64,000 nucleotides of DNA from an uncultured Ruminococcus sp. (lineage in GTDB: Bacteria; Bacillota; Clostridia; Oscillospirales; Acutalibacteraceae): positions 16,051-80,050 of the forward strand of contig CAZSTR010000002.1 of assembly GCA_964609975.1 (NCBI GenBank), in the 5' to 3' direction. Of this stretch, positions 41,345-50,576 are shown piece by piece. Position numbers and translations under genes: made by a program. The notes under the pieces are model-generated. The model had not been told where the DNA came from. It did not search any database and saw nothing but the letters and a program-made list of their open reading frames with translations. Numbering within the stretch: the stretch's first letter is position 1; the number at the start of each line of letters is the position of its first letter.

Positions 41345-42241
41345 GTGAAAGGTATCATTTTGGCCGGAGGCTCCGGCACGCGCCTGTATCCGTTGACGAA
41401 GGTGACCTCGAAACAGCTTCTCCCGATTTATGATAAGCCGATGATTTATTATCCTATGTCGGTGCTCATGAACGCGGGGATTCGGGAAATTCTGATTATT
41501 TCCACTCCCCAGGACACTCCGCGCTTCCGCGAGCTGCTGGGGGATGGCCGCCAGTTCGGGCTGGAGCTGTCCTATGCGGTGCAGCCCTCGCCGGACGGAT
41601 TGGCGCAGGCCTTTGTGATCGGCGCCGATTTCATCGGAGACGATACGGTGGCGATGGTGCTGGGCGACAACATCTTTTCCGGTCATGGCCTGCGCAAGCG
41701 TCTGCAGGCGGCGGTGGCCAACGCCGCTGAAGGGCGGGGCGCGACCGTGTTCGGGTATTATGTGGATGACCCGGAGCGCTTCGGGATTGTGGAATTCGAC
41801 GCCGCCGGACGGGCGGTTTCCATCGAGGAAAAGCCGGCTCAGCCAAAAAGCAACTATTGCGTCACCGGGCTGTATTTCTATGACAACCGGGTGGTGGAAT
41901 TCGCCCGCGGGCTGAAGCCCTCGGCGCGGGGTGAGCTGGAAATCACCGACCTGAACCGGATTTATCTGGAGAAGGGCGCGCTGAATGTGGAGCTGTTGGG
42001 TCAGGGCTTCACCTGGCTGGACACCGGCACCCACGAAAGCCTGGTGGACGCCACCAATTTTGTGAAAACGGTGGAAACCCATCAGCATCGTAAAATCGCC
42101 TGCCTGGAGGAAATCGCCTATCGCAACGGCTGGATTTCCCGCGAGGATGTGCTCCGTGTGTACGAGGAGCTGAAGAAAAACCAATATGGCCAGTATCTCA
42201 AGGATGTGCTGGACGGAAAATTTTTGGATATTCTTCGCTGA
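41345..42241 (+). CDS. rfbA: glucose-1-phosphate thymidylyltransferase
   Basis: [32 protein letters not shown] and LGDNIF blocks. GTG at 41345 lies 5 nt after GGAGGAAAGG; the long upstream extension of the ORF is unlikely. Confidence 0.95.
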   Translation: MKGIILAGGSGTRLYPLTKVTSKQLLPIYDKPMIYYPMSVLMNAGIREILIISTPQDTPRFRELLGDGRQFGLELSYAVQPSPDGLAQAFVIGADFIGDDTVAMVLGDNIFSGHGLRKRLQAAVANAAEGRGATVFGYYVDDPERFGIVEFDAAGRAVSIEEKPAQPKSNYCVTGLYFYDNRVVEFARGLKPSARGELEITDLNRIYLEKGALNVELLGQGFTWLDTGTHESLVDATNFVKTVETHQHRKIACLEEIAYRNGWISREDVLRVYEELKKNQYGQYLKDVLDGKFLDILR

Positions 42242-42261
42242 AAAACGAAAGGATGAAAATC

Positions 42262-43287
42262 ATGAAAAAAACCGTTATCGTCACCGGCGGCGCCGGCTTT
42301 ATCGGAAGCAACTTTGTGTTCCATATGCTGAAAACCTATCCCGATTACCGCATCGTCTGCCTGGACAAGCTGACCTATGCCGGAAATTTGTCCACGCTGG
42401 CGCCGGTGATGGACAACCCCCAGTTTCGCTTCGTGAAGGCGGATATTTGCGAGCGGGCGGCGGTGGAGCGCCTTTTTGAGGAGGAGCATCCGGATGTGGT
42501 GGTGAACTTCGCCGCCGAAAGCCATGTAGATCGCTCCATCGAGGATCCGGGCATTTTCCTGCAAACCAATATTCTCGGCACGGCGACTCTCATGGACGCC
42601 TGCCGCAAATACGGAATCGAGCGCTATCATCAGGTGTCCACCGACGAGGTCTATGGCGATTTGCCGCTGGATCGGCCGGATTTGTTCTTCACCGAGGAGA
42701 CGCCGATTCACACCAGCTCTCCCTATAGCAGCTCCAAGGCGGGAGCGGATTTGCTGGTGCTGGCTTATCACCGCACCTATGGCTTGCCGGTGACTATCAG
42801 CCGTTGCTCCAACAACTATGGCCCCTATCATTTCCCGGAGAAGCTGATTCCGCTGATGATTGCCAATGCCCTCAACGACAAGCCTCTGCCGGTGTATGGC
42901 GAGGGGCTGAATGTGCGGGATTGGCTGTATGTGGAGGACCACTGCAAGGCCATCGATCGGATTCTTCATAAGGGTCGCGTGGGCGAGATTTATAATGTGG
43001 GCGGCCACAATGAAATGAAAAATATCGACATCGTCAAGCTCATCTGCCGGGAACTGGGAAAGCCGGAAAGCCTCATCGCCCATGTGGCCGACCGCAAGGG
43101 ACACGATATGCGCTATGCCATCGACCCGACGAAAATTCACCGGGAGCTGGGCTGGTTGCCGGAGACGCGCTTTGAGGACGGAATTCGGAAAACCATTCGC
43201 TGGTATCTGGATAACAAGGAATGGTGGGAGACCATTATTTCCGGGGAATACCAGAGCTATTATGAGAAAATGTACGGAGACCGATAA
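42262..43287 (+). CDS. rfbB: dTDP-glucose 4,6-dehydratase
   Basis: VTGGAGFIGSNF, HVDRSI, STDEVYG and YSSSKAGADLL (YxxxK) blocks. The ATG at 42262 lies 8 nt after AAAGGA; the alternative ATG at 42253 is in frame. Confidence 0.95.
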   Translation: MKKTVIVTGGAGFIGSNFVFHMLKTYPDYRIVCLDKLTYAGNLSTLAPVMDNPQFRFVKADICERAAVERLFEEEHPDVVVNFAAESHVDRSIEDPGIFLQTNILGTATLMDACRKYGIERYHQVSTDEVYGDLPLDRPDLFFTEETPIHTSSPYSSSKAGADLLVLAYHRTYGLPVTISRCSNNYGPYHFPEKLIPLMIANALNDKPLPVYGEGLNVRDWLYVEDHCKAIDRILHKGRVGEIYNVGGHNEMKNIDIVKLICRELGKPESLIAHVADRKGHDMRYAIDPTKIHRELGWLPETRFEDGIRKTIRWYLDNKEWWETIISGEYQSYYEKMYGDR

Positions 43288-43352
43288 CGGCTTTCCGTCG
43301 CGGAAGGACGAAAAGGCCGAAAAATCGAGAAACCGGAGAGAGAGGAAAAGCT

Positions 43353-44279
43353 ATGCGCGTTTTTGTGACCGGCGTGGGCGGCCAGCTGGGCCATGATGTG
43401 ATGAATGAGCTGTATCGCCGCAGCTATGAGGGGATCGGCTCCGATGTGGCGCCGGCCTATAGTGGCGTGGCGGATGAAAGCCCGGTGACGACAATGCCCT
43501 ATGTGTCGCTGGACATCACCGACGAGGCTGCCGTGGCGGAAACGCTGGAGCGGGTGCGGCCGGACGCAGTGATTCATTGCGCTGCCTGGACGGCGGTGGA
43601 CGCCGCAGAGGAGCCGGAGAACCAGGGGAAGGTGGTGGCTGTGAACGCCACGGGCACGCGTAGCATCGCCGCCGCCTGCGGCCGGCTGGGCTGCAAGCTG
43701 ATGTATATCAGCACCGACTATGTGTTCGACGGCCAGGGAGAGACGCCCTGGGAGCCGGATTGCGACGCCTTCGCCCCCTTGAGCGTATATGGGCGCACAA
43801 AGCTGGACGGTGAGCTGGCCGTGCGTGGGCTGACCGAGCGGTTTTTCATTGTACGTATCGCCTGGGTTTTTGGCGTGAACGGAAACAATTTCATCAAAAC
43901 CATGCTGCGCCTGAGCGAGACCCATGACACCCTGCGGGTGGTGAGCGACCAAATCGGGACGCCCACCTATACGCTGGATTTGGCGCGTCTGCTGGTGGAT
44001 ATGGTGGAGACGGAAAAATACGGGATTTACCATGCGACCAACGAGGGTGGCTTCATCAGCTGGGCGGATTTTGCAACGGAGATTTTCCGCCAGGCGGGCC
44101 GCGCCACGCAGGTGATTCCGGTGACGACGGCGGAATATGGGCTGTCGAAGGCGGCACGCCCCTTCAACAGCCGCTTGGATAAGACGAAGCTGGTCGCCCA
44201 GGGGTTCACTTCTCTGCCGGACTGGCGGGATGCGCTGGGACGGTATTTGGCCCAGCTGGCGAAGAAGGATGAGGAGTGA
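43353..44279 (+). CDS. rfbD: dTDP-4-dehydrorhamnose reductase
   Basis: MRVFVTGVGGQLG, VIHCAAWTAVD, STDYVFDG, YGRTKLDGE and DQIGTPTY blocks. Confidence 0.95.
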   Translation: MRVFVTGVGGQLGHDVMNELYRRSYEGIGSDVAPAYSGVADESPVTTMPYVSLDITDEAAVAETLERVRPDAVIHCAAWTAVDAAEEPENQGKVVAVNATGTRSIAAACGRLGCKLMYISTDYVFDGQGETPWEPDCDAFAPLSVYGRTKLDGELAVRGLTERFFIVRIAWVFGVNGNNFIKTMLRLSETHDTLRVVSDQIGTPTYTLDLARLLVDMVETEKYGIYHATNEGGFISWADFATEIFRQAGRATQVIPVTTAEYGLSKAARPFNSRLDKTKLVAQGFTSLPDWRDALGRYLAQLAKKDEE

Positions 44280-44286
44280 GCGCATT

Positions 44287-44889
44287 ATGGGACAGATTCA
44301 GGTGACCAAGGCTCCGATCGAGGGGCTGTATGTGATTGAGCCCACCGTCCATGGAGACGAACGGGGCTATTTCATGGAGACCTATAACCAGAAGGATATG
44401 GAGCAGGCGGGGCTGGACATGGTTTTCGTGCAGGACAACCAGAGTATGTCTAAAAAGGGCGTTTTGCGGGGCCTGCATTTCCAGAAGGAATTCCCCCAGG
44501 GGAAGCTGGTGCGGGTGATTCGCGGCCGCGTGTTCGATGTGGCGGTGGATTTGCGCGCGGGAAGCGAAACCTACGGAAAATGGTATGGCGTGGAGCTGAC
44601 CGCCGAGAACAAAAAGCAGTTTTATATCTCCGAGGGCTTCGCTCATGGCTTTTTGGTGCTCAGCGAGGAAGCGGAATTCTGCTATAAGGTGACGGATTTC
44701 TACCATCCGGGAGACGAGGGCGGTCTGGCCTGGAATGACCCGGCCATCGGCATCAAGTGGCCGGAGCTTGTTGGCGCCTATGCCGGAAACGCCGGCGCCG
44801 CCGGCTATGCGCTGGCGGACGGCACTCCTCTGATCCTAAGCGAAAAGGACGAAAAATGGCTGGGCTTGCAGGATACATTTCATTTTTGA
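44287..44889 (+). CDS. rfbC: dTDP-4-dehydrorhamnose 3,5-epimerase
   Basis: IEGLYVIEPTVHGDERGYFMETYN, GVLRGLHFQ, KLVRVIRGRVFDVAVDLR and EGFAHGF blocks. Confidence 0.95.
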   Translation: MGQIQVTKAPIEGLYVIEPTVHGDERGYFMETYNQKDMEQAGLDMVFVQDNQSMSKKGVLRGLHFQKEFPQGKLVRVIRGRVFDVAVDLRAGSETYGKWYGVELTAENKKQFYISEGFAHGFLVLSEEAEFCYKVTDFYHPGDEGGLAWNDPAIGIKWPELVGAYAGNAGAAGYALADGTPLILSEKDEKWLGLQDTFHF

Positions 44890-44902
44890 GGGGGCATGAA
44901 CT

Positions 44903-46063
44903 GTGCAGCATATATTCATTGTTGGGTCTAAGGGGATTCCGGGAGCGTATGGCGGTTATGAAACCTTTGTGGACAAGCTGACAGAGTATCATCGGGATAA
45001 CGAACAGCTGAAATATCATGTGGCGTGCAAGGACACGGAAAACCGCGAGGAGGAATATCATAACGCGCGCTGTTTTCATATAAAGGTGCCGAACATCGGC
45101 CCGGCGCAGGCGATTTATTATGATGTGGCGGCGTTGCATCGTTGCTGTGCCTATATTGAAAAAAATCAAATCCCCCACCCCATCGTGTATGTGTTGGCCT
45201 GCCGCATTGGGCCATTTGCGGCGCATTATCAGCGCCGTATTCATAAACTGGGCGGCGTGCTGTATGTCAATCCGGATGGCCACGAATGGTTGCGTGCAAA
45301 ATGGGCACCGTCGATTCGAAAATATTGGAAGCTGTCCGAAAAAATGATGGTGAAGCACGCGGATTTGCTGATTTGCGATAGCGTGAACATCGAGAAGTAT
45401 ATTCAGGAGACCTATGCGGCCTTCCGGCCGAAAACCACTTTCATTGCCTATGGCGCGGAAACACGGAAAAGTGCTTTGACGGACGAAGACGAAAAGTTGA
45501 CCGCCTGGTATGCGGAAAAGGGGCTGGCTCCGGGAGAATATTATCTGGTTGTGGGACGCTTTGTTCCGGAAAACAACTACGAAACGATGATTCGGGAGTT
45601 CATGCGCAGTAAAACAGCTCGGAATTTTGCACTGATTACGAATGTCAGCGATGGTTTTCTGGAGGAGCTGAAGAAAAAAACCGGCTTGGATCGGGATCCG
45701 CGGATAAAATTTGTCGGCACCGTGTATGATAAAGAGCTGTTGATGAAAATTCGCGAAAATGCGTATGGATATTTTCACGGCCATGAGGTGGGCGGAACCA
45801 ATCCAAGCCTTTTGGAAGCGCTGGGCAGCACGCGGATAAATTTGCTGTTGGATGTGGGCTTTAACTGCGAAGTGGGCGAGGATGCGGCGCTGTATTGGAC
45901 GAAAGAACCGGGAAATTTAGCGGCGCTTATCGAACGGGCGGACAGCCTGGGCGAGGAGGAAATCGTCGCGCTGGGCGAAAAGGCGAAAAAGCGCATCGCC
46001 GTAGCATATAGCTGGGAATATATCACCGGCCGGTACGCAGAGGTGTTTCTGCAACGGCGCTGA
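44903..46063 (+). CDS. GT4 glycosyltransferase with DUF1972 N-terminus (RgpA/WchF-type rhamnosyltransferase-like)
   Basis: IFIVGSKGIPGAYGGYETFVDKLTEY is the DUF1972 signature. C-terminal GT1/GT4 block GHEVGGTNPSLLEALG. Sits directly after the rfb genes. Confidence 0.8.
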   Translation: MQHIFIVGSKGIPGAYGGYETFVDKLTEYHRDNEQLKYHVACKDTENREEEYHNARCFHIKVPNIGPAQAIYYDVAALHRCCAYIEKNQIPHPIVYVLACRIGPFAAHYQRRIHKLGGVLYVNPDGHEWLRAKWAPSIRKYWKLSEKMMVKHADLLICDSVNIEKYIQETYAAFRPKTTFIAYGAETRKSALTDEDEKLTAWYAEKGLAPGEYYLVVGRFVPENNYETMIREFMRSKTARNFALITNVSDGFLEELKKKTGLDRDPRIKFVGTVYDKELLMKIRENAYGYFHGHEVGGTNPSLLEALGSTRINLLLDVGFNCEVGEDAALYWTKEPGNLAALIERADSLGEEEIVALGEKAKKRIAVAYSWEYITGRYAEVFLQRR

Positions 46064-46081
46064 GGAGACGATGAAACGGAT

Positions 46082-46843
46082 ATGAGCTTACAGGAAACGC
46101 ATGAACAGCTGTTGGCGCTGGTAGAGGAATTTGACGCCGTGTGTGCGGCGAACCATATCCCCTATACCCTGCACGGTGGCTCTTTGCTTGGGGCGATTCG
46201 GGAGCATGGATTTATTCCGTGGGATGACGATGTGGACATGGCTATGACCCGAACGGCCTTTGAAAGACTGGAGCAGGTGCTGGCGCAGGATGAACGCTTT
46301 TATATTTATGGAGACATCAAAAAGCAGTTTCGCCGGCGGGGCGAAGATGCTTTCTGGGTGGATATTTTTGTGTGCGACCCAATAGGCACGGGGTGGAAAA
46401 GAAAGCTGAAGCTGTTTTTGCTGACCATGCTGGACATCATGAGCCGGGATAAAAACAGTATCCAGCTGAGCCAGTTTTCGCGGTACGGTTTTGGAAAAAG
46501 ACTGGCTTTTCAAGGCGCCTATTGGCTTGGAAGGCTGTTTCCCCGCAAAATAAAAACGCGCTGGTATGCCGATGTTTCTCAAAAAGGGTATGGCGCCGAT
46601 GGTCGCTTTCTCCATCGAAGCAACGACCAGTATAAAGGCCGAAAAGAGGAGTTCCCCTCCAAGTGGATGGAGTCTTTTCAGAAGGTACCCTTTGAGACCT
46701 CTTCTTTGTTGGTAATGACCCATGCTCACGATATGCTGGTGAAATGCTATGGCGAGGCGTATATGACCCCGGTGCAGGATACACGCAATCAGGACGTGCA
46801 CAATCTGGTGCGCGGAGCAGGAAAAGGAGATGTGCAGCTATGA
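46082..46843 (+). CDS. LicD family phosphotransferase, copy 2
   Basis: YTLHGGSLLGAIREHGFIPWDDDVDMAMTR signature. Stop overlaps the next ATG (ATGA at 46840-46843). Confidence 0.85.
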   Translation: MSLQETHEQLLALVEEFDAVCAANHIPYTLHGGSLLGAIREHGFIPWDDDVDMAMTRTAFERLEQVLAQDERFYIYGDIKKQFRRRGEDAFWVDIFVCDPIGTGWKRKLKLFLLTMLDIMSRDKNSIQLSQFSRYGFGKRLAFQGAYWLGRLFPRKIKTRWYADVSQKGYGADGRFLHRSNDQYKGRKEEFPSKWMESFQKVPFETSSLLVMTHAHDMLVKCYGEAYMTPVQDTRNQDVHNLVRGAGKGDVQL

Positions 46844-47568
46844 ATATCGGTGTGATTTTCGCCGGCGGTATCGGAAGCCGGATGCATAGCAAGGAAAAAC
46901 CGAAGCAGTTTTTGGAAATTTATAACAAGCCTATTATTATATACACCATCGAACATTTTGAGCGGCATCCGGAGATAGATGCGGTTGTTGTGGTTTGCGT
47001 AAAAGAGTGGATTCCATTTTTGCAGGAGCTTTTGTACCGTTATCGAATTGAAAAGGTGAAACTGGTTGTGCCGGGCGGCGAAACGGGCCAGTTGTCTATT
47101 TACAACGGCTTAAAGGCGGCAAAAGAGGTAGCCGATGACGAAAAGTCGATTGTGTTGATTCATGATGGCGTGCGCCCGCTCATTAACGAAAAGCTTATCA
47201 CCGAGAACATCGCCAGCGTGAAGAAAAACGGGTCGGCGATCACCACGGCCGTGGTGAAGGAAACGATTCTTGTGGTCAACGATGATGCGGCGACGATTGA
47301 TTATGTGCCCAGCCGCAAAAATTCCCGGGTGGCTCGTGCACCTCAGAGCTTTTGGCTGGATGATATTCTCGGCGCACACGAACGCTCGTTGGCAGAGGGA
47401 GAAACGAACTGTATCGACTCCTGCACAATGATGCAAAAATATGGGCATAATCTGTATCTGGTGGATGGGCCGAATGAGAATATTAAGATCACAACGCCGG
47501 AGGATTTTTATACCATGCGTGCCATTCTGGAGGCTAAGGAGAATGCTCAAATTTACGGGATTGAATGA
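46840..47568 (+). CDS. IspD/TarI-family cytidylyltransferase (CDP-alditol synthesis)
   Basis: NIGVIFAGGIGSRMHSKEKPKQFLEIYNKPII, VVPGGETGQLS and IHDGVRPLI blocks of the IspD/TarI fold. Confidence 0.8.
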   Translation: MNIGVIFAGGIGSRMHSKEKPKQFLEIYNKPIIIYTIEHFERHPEIDAVVVVCVKEWIPFLQELLYRYRIEKVKLVVPGGETGQLSIYNGLKAAKEVADDEKSIVLIHDGVRPLINEKLITENIASVKKNGSAITTAVVKETILVVNDDAATIDYVPSRKNSRVARAPQSFWLDDILGAHERSLAEGETNCIDSCTMMQKYGHNLYLVDGPNENIKITTPEDFYTMRAILEAKENAQIYGIE

Positions 47569-47582
47569 TAGGAGAAACGCTC

Positions 47583-48662
47583 ATGACACAGCAGTTGGAA
47601 AGCCCCAAGGATGCGGTGCTGCAGGAGGATTTGGAGAAAATTGCTGCCGCTCATTTGCCCTTTGAAAAAATGAAGGAGTCCCGCGTTTTGGTGACCGGTG
47701 CCACGGGACTGGTGGGAATGTCGCTGGTCCGGGCGCTGTTGTGCGTGAACCGTCTCTATGGATTTCGTATGCAGATTGTGGCGCTGGTGCGCAATCCCGA
47801 AAAGGCGGAAGGTCTTTATGGTGATTTGTTAAAGCGCTCCGACCTGACGCTGGTGACTGGGGATGTGACGGAACCGGTGGTTATAGAAGGCGCGGTGGAT
47901 TATGTGTTCCATTGCGCCAGTGTCACCGCCTCGAAGGTGATGGTGACAAAGCCGGTGGAAACGCTGATGACGGCGGTGCACGGGACGAATCATCTGCTGG
48001 CGTTGGCGGTTGAAAAGCGGGTGCGCTCCTTTGTATATGTGTCCTCGATGGAAATGTACGGAGCGTTTACGGAGCCGGGCCGATGTGTAACGGAGCAGGA
48101 GCTGGGCTATATTGACCCGCTCCGGATTCGTAGCAATTATCCGGAAAGCAAGCGCCTGTGCGAGAATTTGTGTGTGGCTTATCACAGCGAGTACGGCGTG
48201 CCGGTGAAAATCGCCCGGTTAGCCCAAACCTTTGGCGCCGGGATTTTGCCCGGCGAAAATCGGGTTTTTGCCCAGTTTGCCCGTAGCGCAATGACGGGTC
48301 AGGATATTGTGTTACATACCAAAGGGCTGTCGGAGGGCAATTACTGCTATACCCGCGATACGGTAGTGGGTTTGCTGACCATTCTTCTTTGTGGAATAGA
48401 CGGAGAGGCGTATAATGTAACCAATCCGCAGACGCATACCACCATTGCGGCAATGGCACAGATGGTATGTGAGCGGTTGTCCGATGGCCGGAGTCGGGTG
48501 GTGTTCGACATTCCGGCGGAGAACACATATGGCTATGCCGCAGACACGAAGATGAAGCTTTCGGCGAAGAAGCTGATGGCCTTGGGTTGGCAGCCGGAAG
48601 TGGGGCTTGAGGAAGCCTATCGGCGGCTGATGGATAGCATAAAATGTGAAAGCGAGCAGTAA
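47583..48662 (+). CDS. NAD-dependent epimerase/dehydratase-family (extended SDR) protein
   Basis: VLVTGATGLVGMSL Rossmann motif and YPESKRLCE (YxxxK). The ATG at 47583 lies 7 nt after AGGAGA; the ATG at 47565 is in frame and overlaps the tarI-like stop. Confidence 0.8.
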   Translation: MTQQLESPKDAVLQEDLEKIAAAHLPFEKMKESRVLVTGATGLVGMSLVRALLCVNRLYGFRMQIVALVRNPEKAEGLYGDLLKRSDLTLVTGDVTEPVVIEGAVDYVFHCASVTASKVMVTKPVETLMTAVHGTNHLLALAVEKRVRSFVYVSSMEMYGAFTEPGRCVTEQELGYIDPLRIRSNYPESKRLCENLCVAYHSEYGVPVKIARLAQTFGAGILPGENRVFAQFARSAMTGQDIVLHTKGLSEGNYCYTRDTVVGLLTILLCGIDGEAYNVTNPQTHTTIAAMAQMVCERLSDGRSRVVFDIPAENTYGYAADTKMKLSAKKLMALGWQPEVGLEEAYRRLMDSIKCESEQ

Positions 48663-48671
48663 GGAGCGGGC

Positions 48672-49634
48672 ATGAAAAAGTTTCTGGCGATTTTCAACAA
48701 GGTGGGCGGCCGTGAAATTCTCGGCCGCTATGCGCGCGCGCATGTGCTGGTATATGCGTTGGTGATAACGGCGCTGCTAGGCTTTTCGCGCAAGGGCTTG
48801 GAAATTGTACGGTTGGCGATGAACAATCGGATTTTGTGCAAGCTTCGGCGGAAATATCAGCGGGAAATCGCCGGTTTTCAACAGGCTCAGCTGACGGTCG
48901 AAGCTCTTCCTCGTCAACAGAGCAACCGTGTTTGGGTTTGTTGGTTACAGGGGATGGAGCAGGCGCCGGCCCTGGTGAAACGGTGCTTTGCGTCGTTGCA
49001 GGAGCATTTGGTTGACCGGGAAATTGTGGTGCTGACCGAGGAGAATTATCGGGATTATGTAAACTTCTCGGAGCATATTCAGGCGAAAATAGATGCCGGG
49101 TGCATTACGCGCACGCATATGTCGGATTTGCTCCGCTTGGAGCTGCTGATTCGTTATGGCGGAACCTGGATTGACGCGACGGTGTTCTGCTCCGGCGGGG
49201 AAATCCCCGCCTATATGCTGGAGGATGATTTGTTTGTGTTCCAGAATTTGAAGCCGGGCTTGGACGGCCACTGCACTTCTATGTCCAGCTGGTTTATGAC
49301 GGCGTGCACCAATCATCCGATTCTTCTTTTGACCCGGCATTTGCTGTATGCCTATTGGGAAAAGCACACGCGGATGACCGACTATTTTTTGCTACACGAC
49401 TTTTTCCAGTTGGCCACAGAGGTCTATGCGGAGGAATGGCACCAGGTGATTCCCGTGTCCAATTCTGCTCCGCACATCCTGCTTTTGCGCTTGTTTGAAC
49501 CTTATGACGAACGGGTTTGGAAAACGGTCACCGCAGCCACCCCCTTCCATAAGCTCAGCTATAAGGAGCAACCGAAGGAAAAGATTGAAAATTCAAATAC
49601 GTATTACGATGTGATAACTTGCTTTGGGAAGTGA
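48672..49634 (+). CDS. capsular polysaccharide synthesis (Caps_synth / GT32-like) glycosyltransferase
   Basis: VWVCWLQGMEQAP...ITRTHMSDLLRLELLIRYGGTWIDATVF matches the Caps_synth family pattern. Confidence 0.7.
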   Translation: MKKFLAIFNKVGGREILGRYARAHVLVYALVITALLGFSRKGLEIVRLAMNNRILCKLRRKYQREIAGFQQAQLTVEALPRQQSNRVWVCWLQGMEQAPALVKRCFASLQEHLVDREIVVLTEENYRDYVNFSEHIQAKIDAGCITRTHMSDLLRLELLIRYGGTWIDATVFCSGGEIPAYMLEDDLFVFQNLKPGLDGHCTSMSSWFMTACTNHPILLLTRHLLYAYWEKHTRMTDYFLLHDFFQLATEVYAEEWHQVIPVSNSAPHILLLRLFEPYDERVWKTVTAATPFHKLSYKEQPKEKIENSNTYYDVITCFGK

Positions 49635-49638
49635 TACA

Positions 49639-50559
49639 ATGAGCTCGTCCGAAACGAACTTGACGGTGTTGATGTCAACATATAATGGGGCCACCTATTT
49701 GTCAGAACAAATCGAATCCATCCTGGGACAAACTGGCGATTTTCGTTTGCGGCTGTTTGTGCGGGACGATGGCTCCACGGATGACACCTTGGATATACTT
49801 CAGTCGTATGAAGCGCAAGGGAAAGTGCAGTATATTACTGGCGATAATCTGCGTCCGGCGCAAAGCTTTATGGAATTGTTGCTACAAGCGGAGGATAGCG
49901 ATTATTACGCTTTTGCGGACCAGGATGATGTGTGGTTAAACGGTAAAATGAGCGCTGCGTTGGATATGCTGAAAAATGAGGAAAGCCCAGCTTTGTATTT
50001 TTCAAATGCAAATCTGGTAGATGCACATCTGCAATCTTTGGGGCGCAGAGTATATAAAAATTATCCAGCGTTAGATGTTTTTACACTTTCTTGTGCTGGG
50101 GGACTTTTAGGTTGCACCATGGTGATGAACAGGAAATTGGCGGAGCTTTTACGGCAACAGCCCCGCCCCACAAAAATGGTTATGCACGATTTTTATGTAG
50201 CACTGGTTTGCGCAGCTGTCGGCGGTAAAATTTTGTATGATGATTGTGGATATTTGCAATATCGCCAGCATGGAAACAATGTGATTGGCGTGTCTCACGG
50301 CTTTTTGCAAGCGATAAAATCTCGTTTACATAACATCGTGACAACGCCGAAGGTGACAGTGGATGCACAGGCGATGGAGGTGTTAACTCGCTATGAATCT
50401 CTTATGTCTCCGGAAAACATTGTGTGGTTACGGCGTGTGGCCGGCTATAGAAAAAGTCTTTGTAGTCGTATAAGGTTGGCTTTTTCCAGAAAAACCAGGT
50501 ATGCGCAGAAAAACAGGGCGATAGAACTGCGGTTGGCGTTATTGTGGGGTAATCGCTGA
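49639..50559 (+). CDS. glycosyltransferase family 2 protein
   Basis: LTVLMSTYNGATYLSEQIESIL, VRDDGSTDDT and FADQDDVW (DxD) blocks. Confidence 0.85.
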   Translation: MSSSETNLTVLMSTYNGATYLSEQIESILGQTGDFRLRLFVRDDGSTDDTLDILQSYEAQGKVQYITGDNLRPAQSFMELLLQAEDSDYYAFADQDDVWLNGKMSAALDMLKNEESPALYFSNANLVDAHLQSLGRRVYKNYPALDVFTLSCAGGLLGCTMVMNRKLAELLRQQPRPTKMVMHDFYVALVCAAVGGKILYDDCGYLQYRQHGNNVIGVSHGFLQAIKSRLHNIVTTPKVTVDAQAMEVLTRYESLMSPENIVWLRRVAGYRKSLCSRIRLAFSRKTRYAQKNRAIELRLALLWGNR

Positions 50560-50576
50560 TGAATCTTGAGTAAGGA

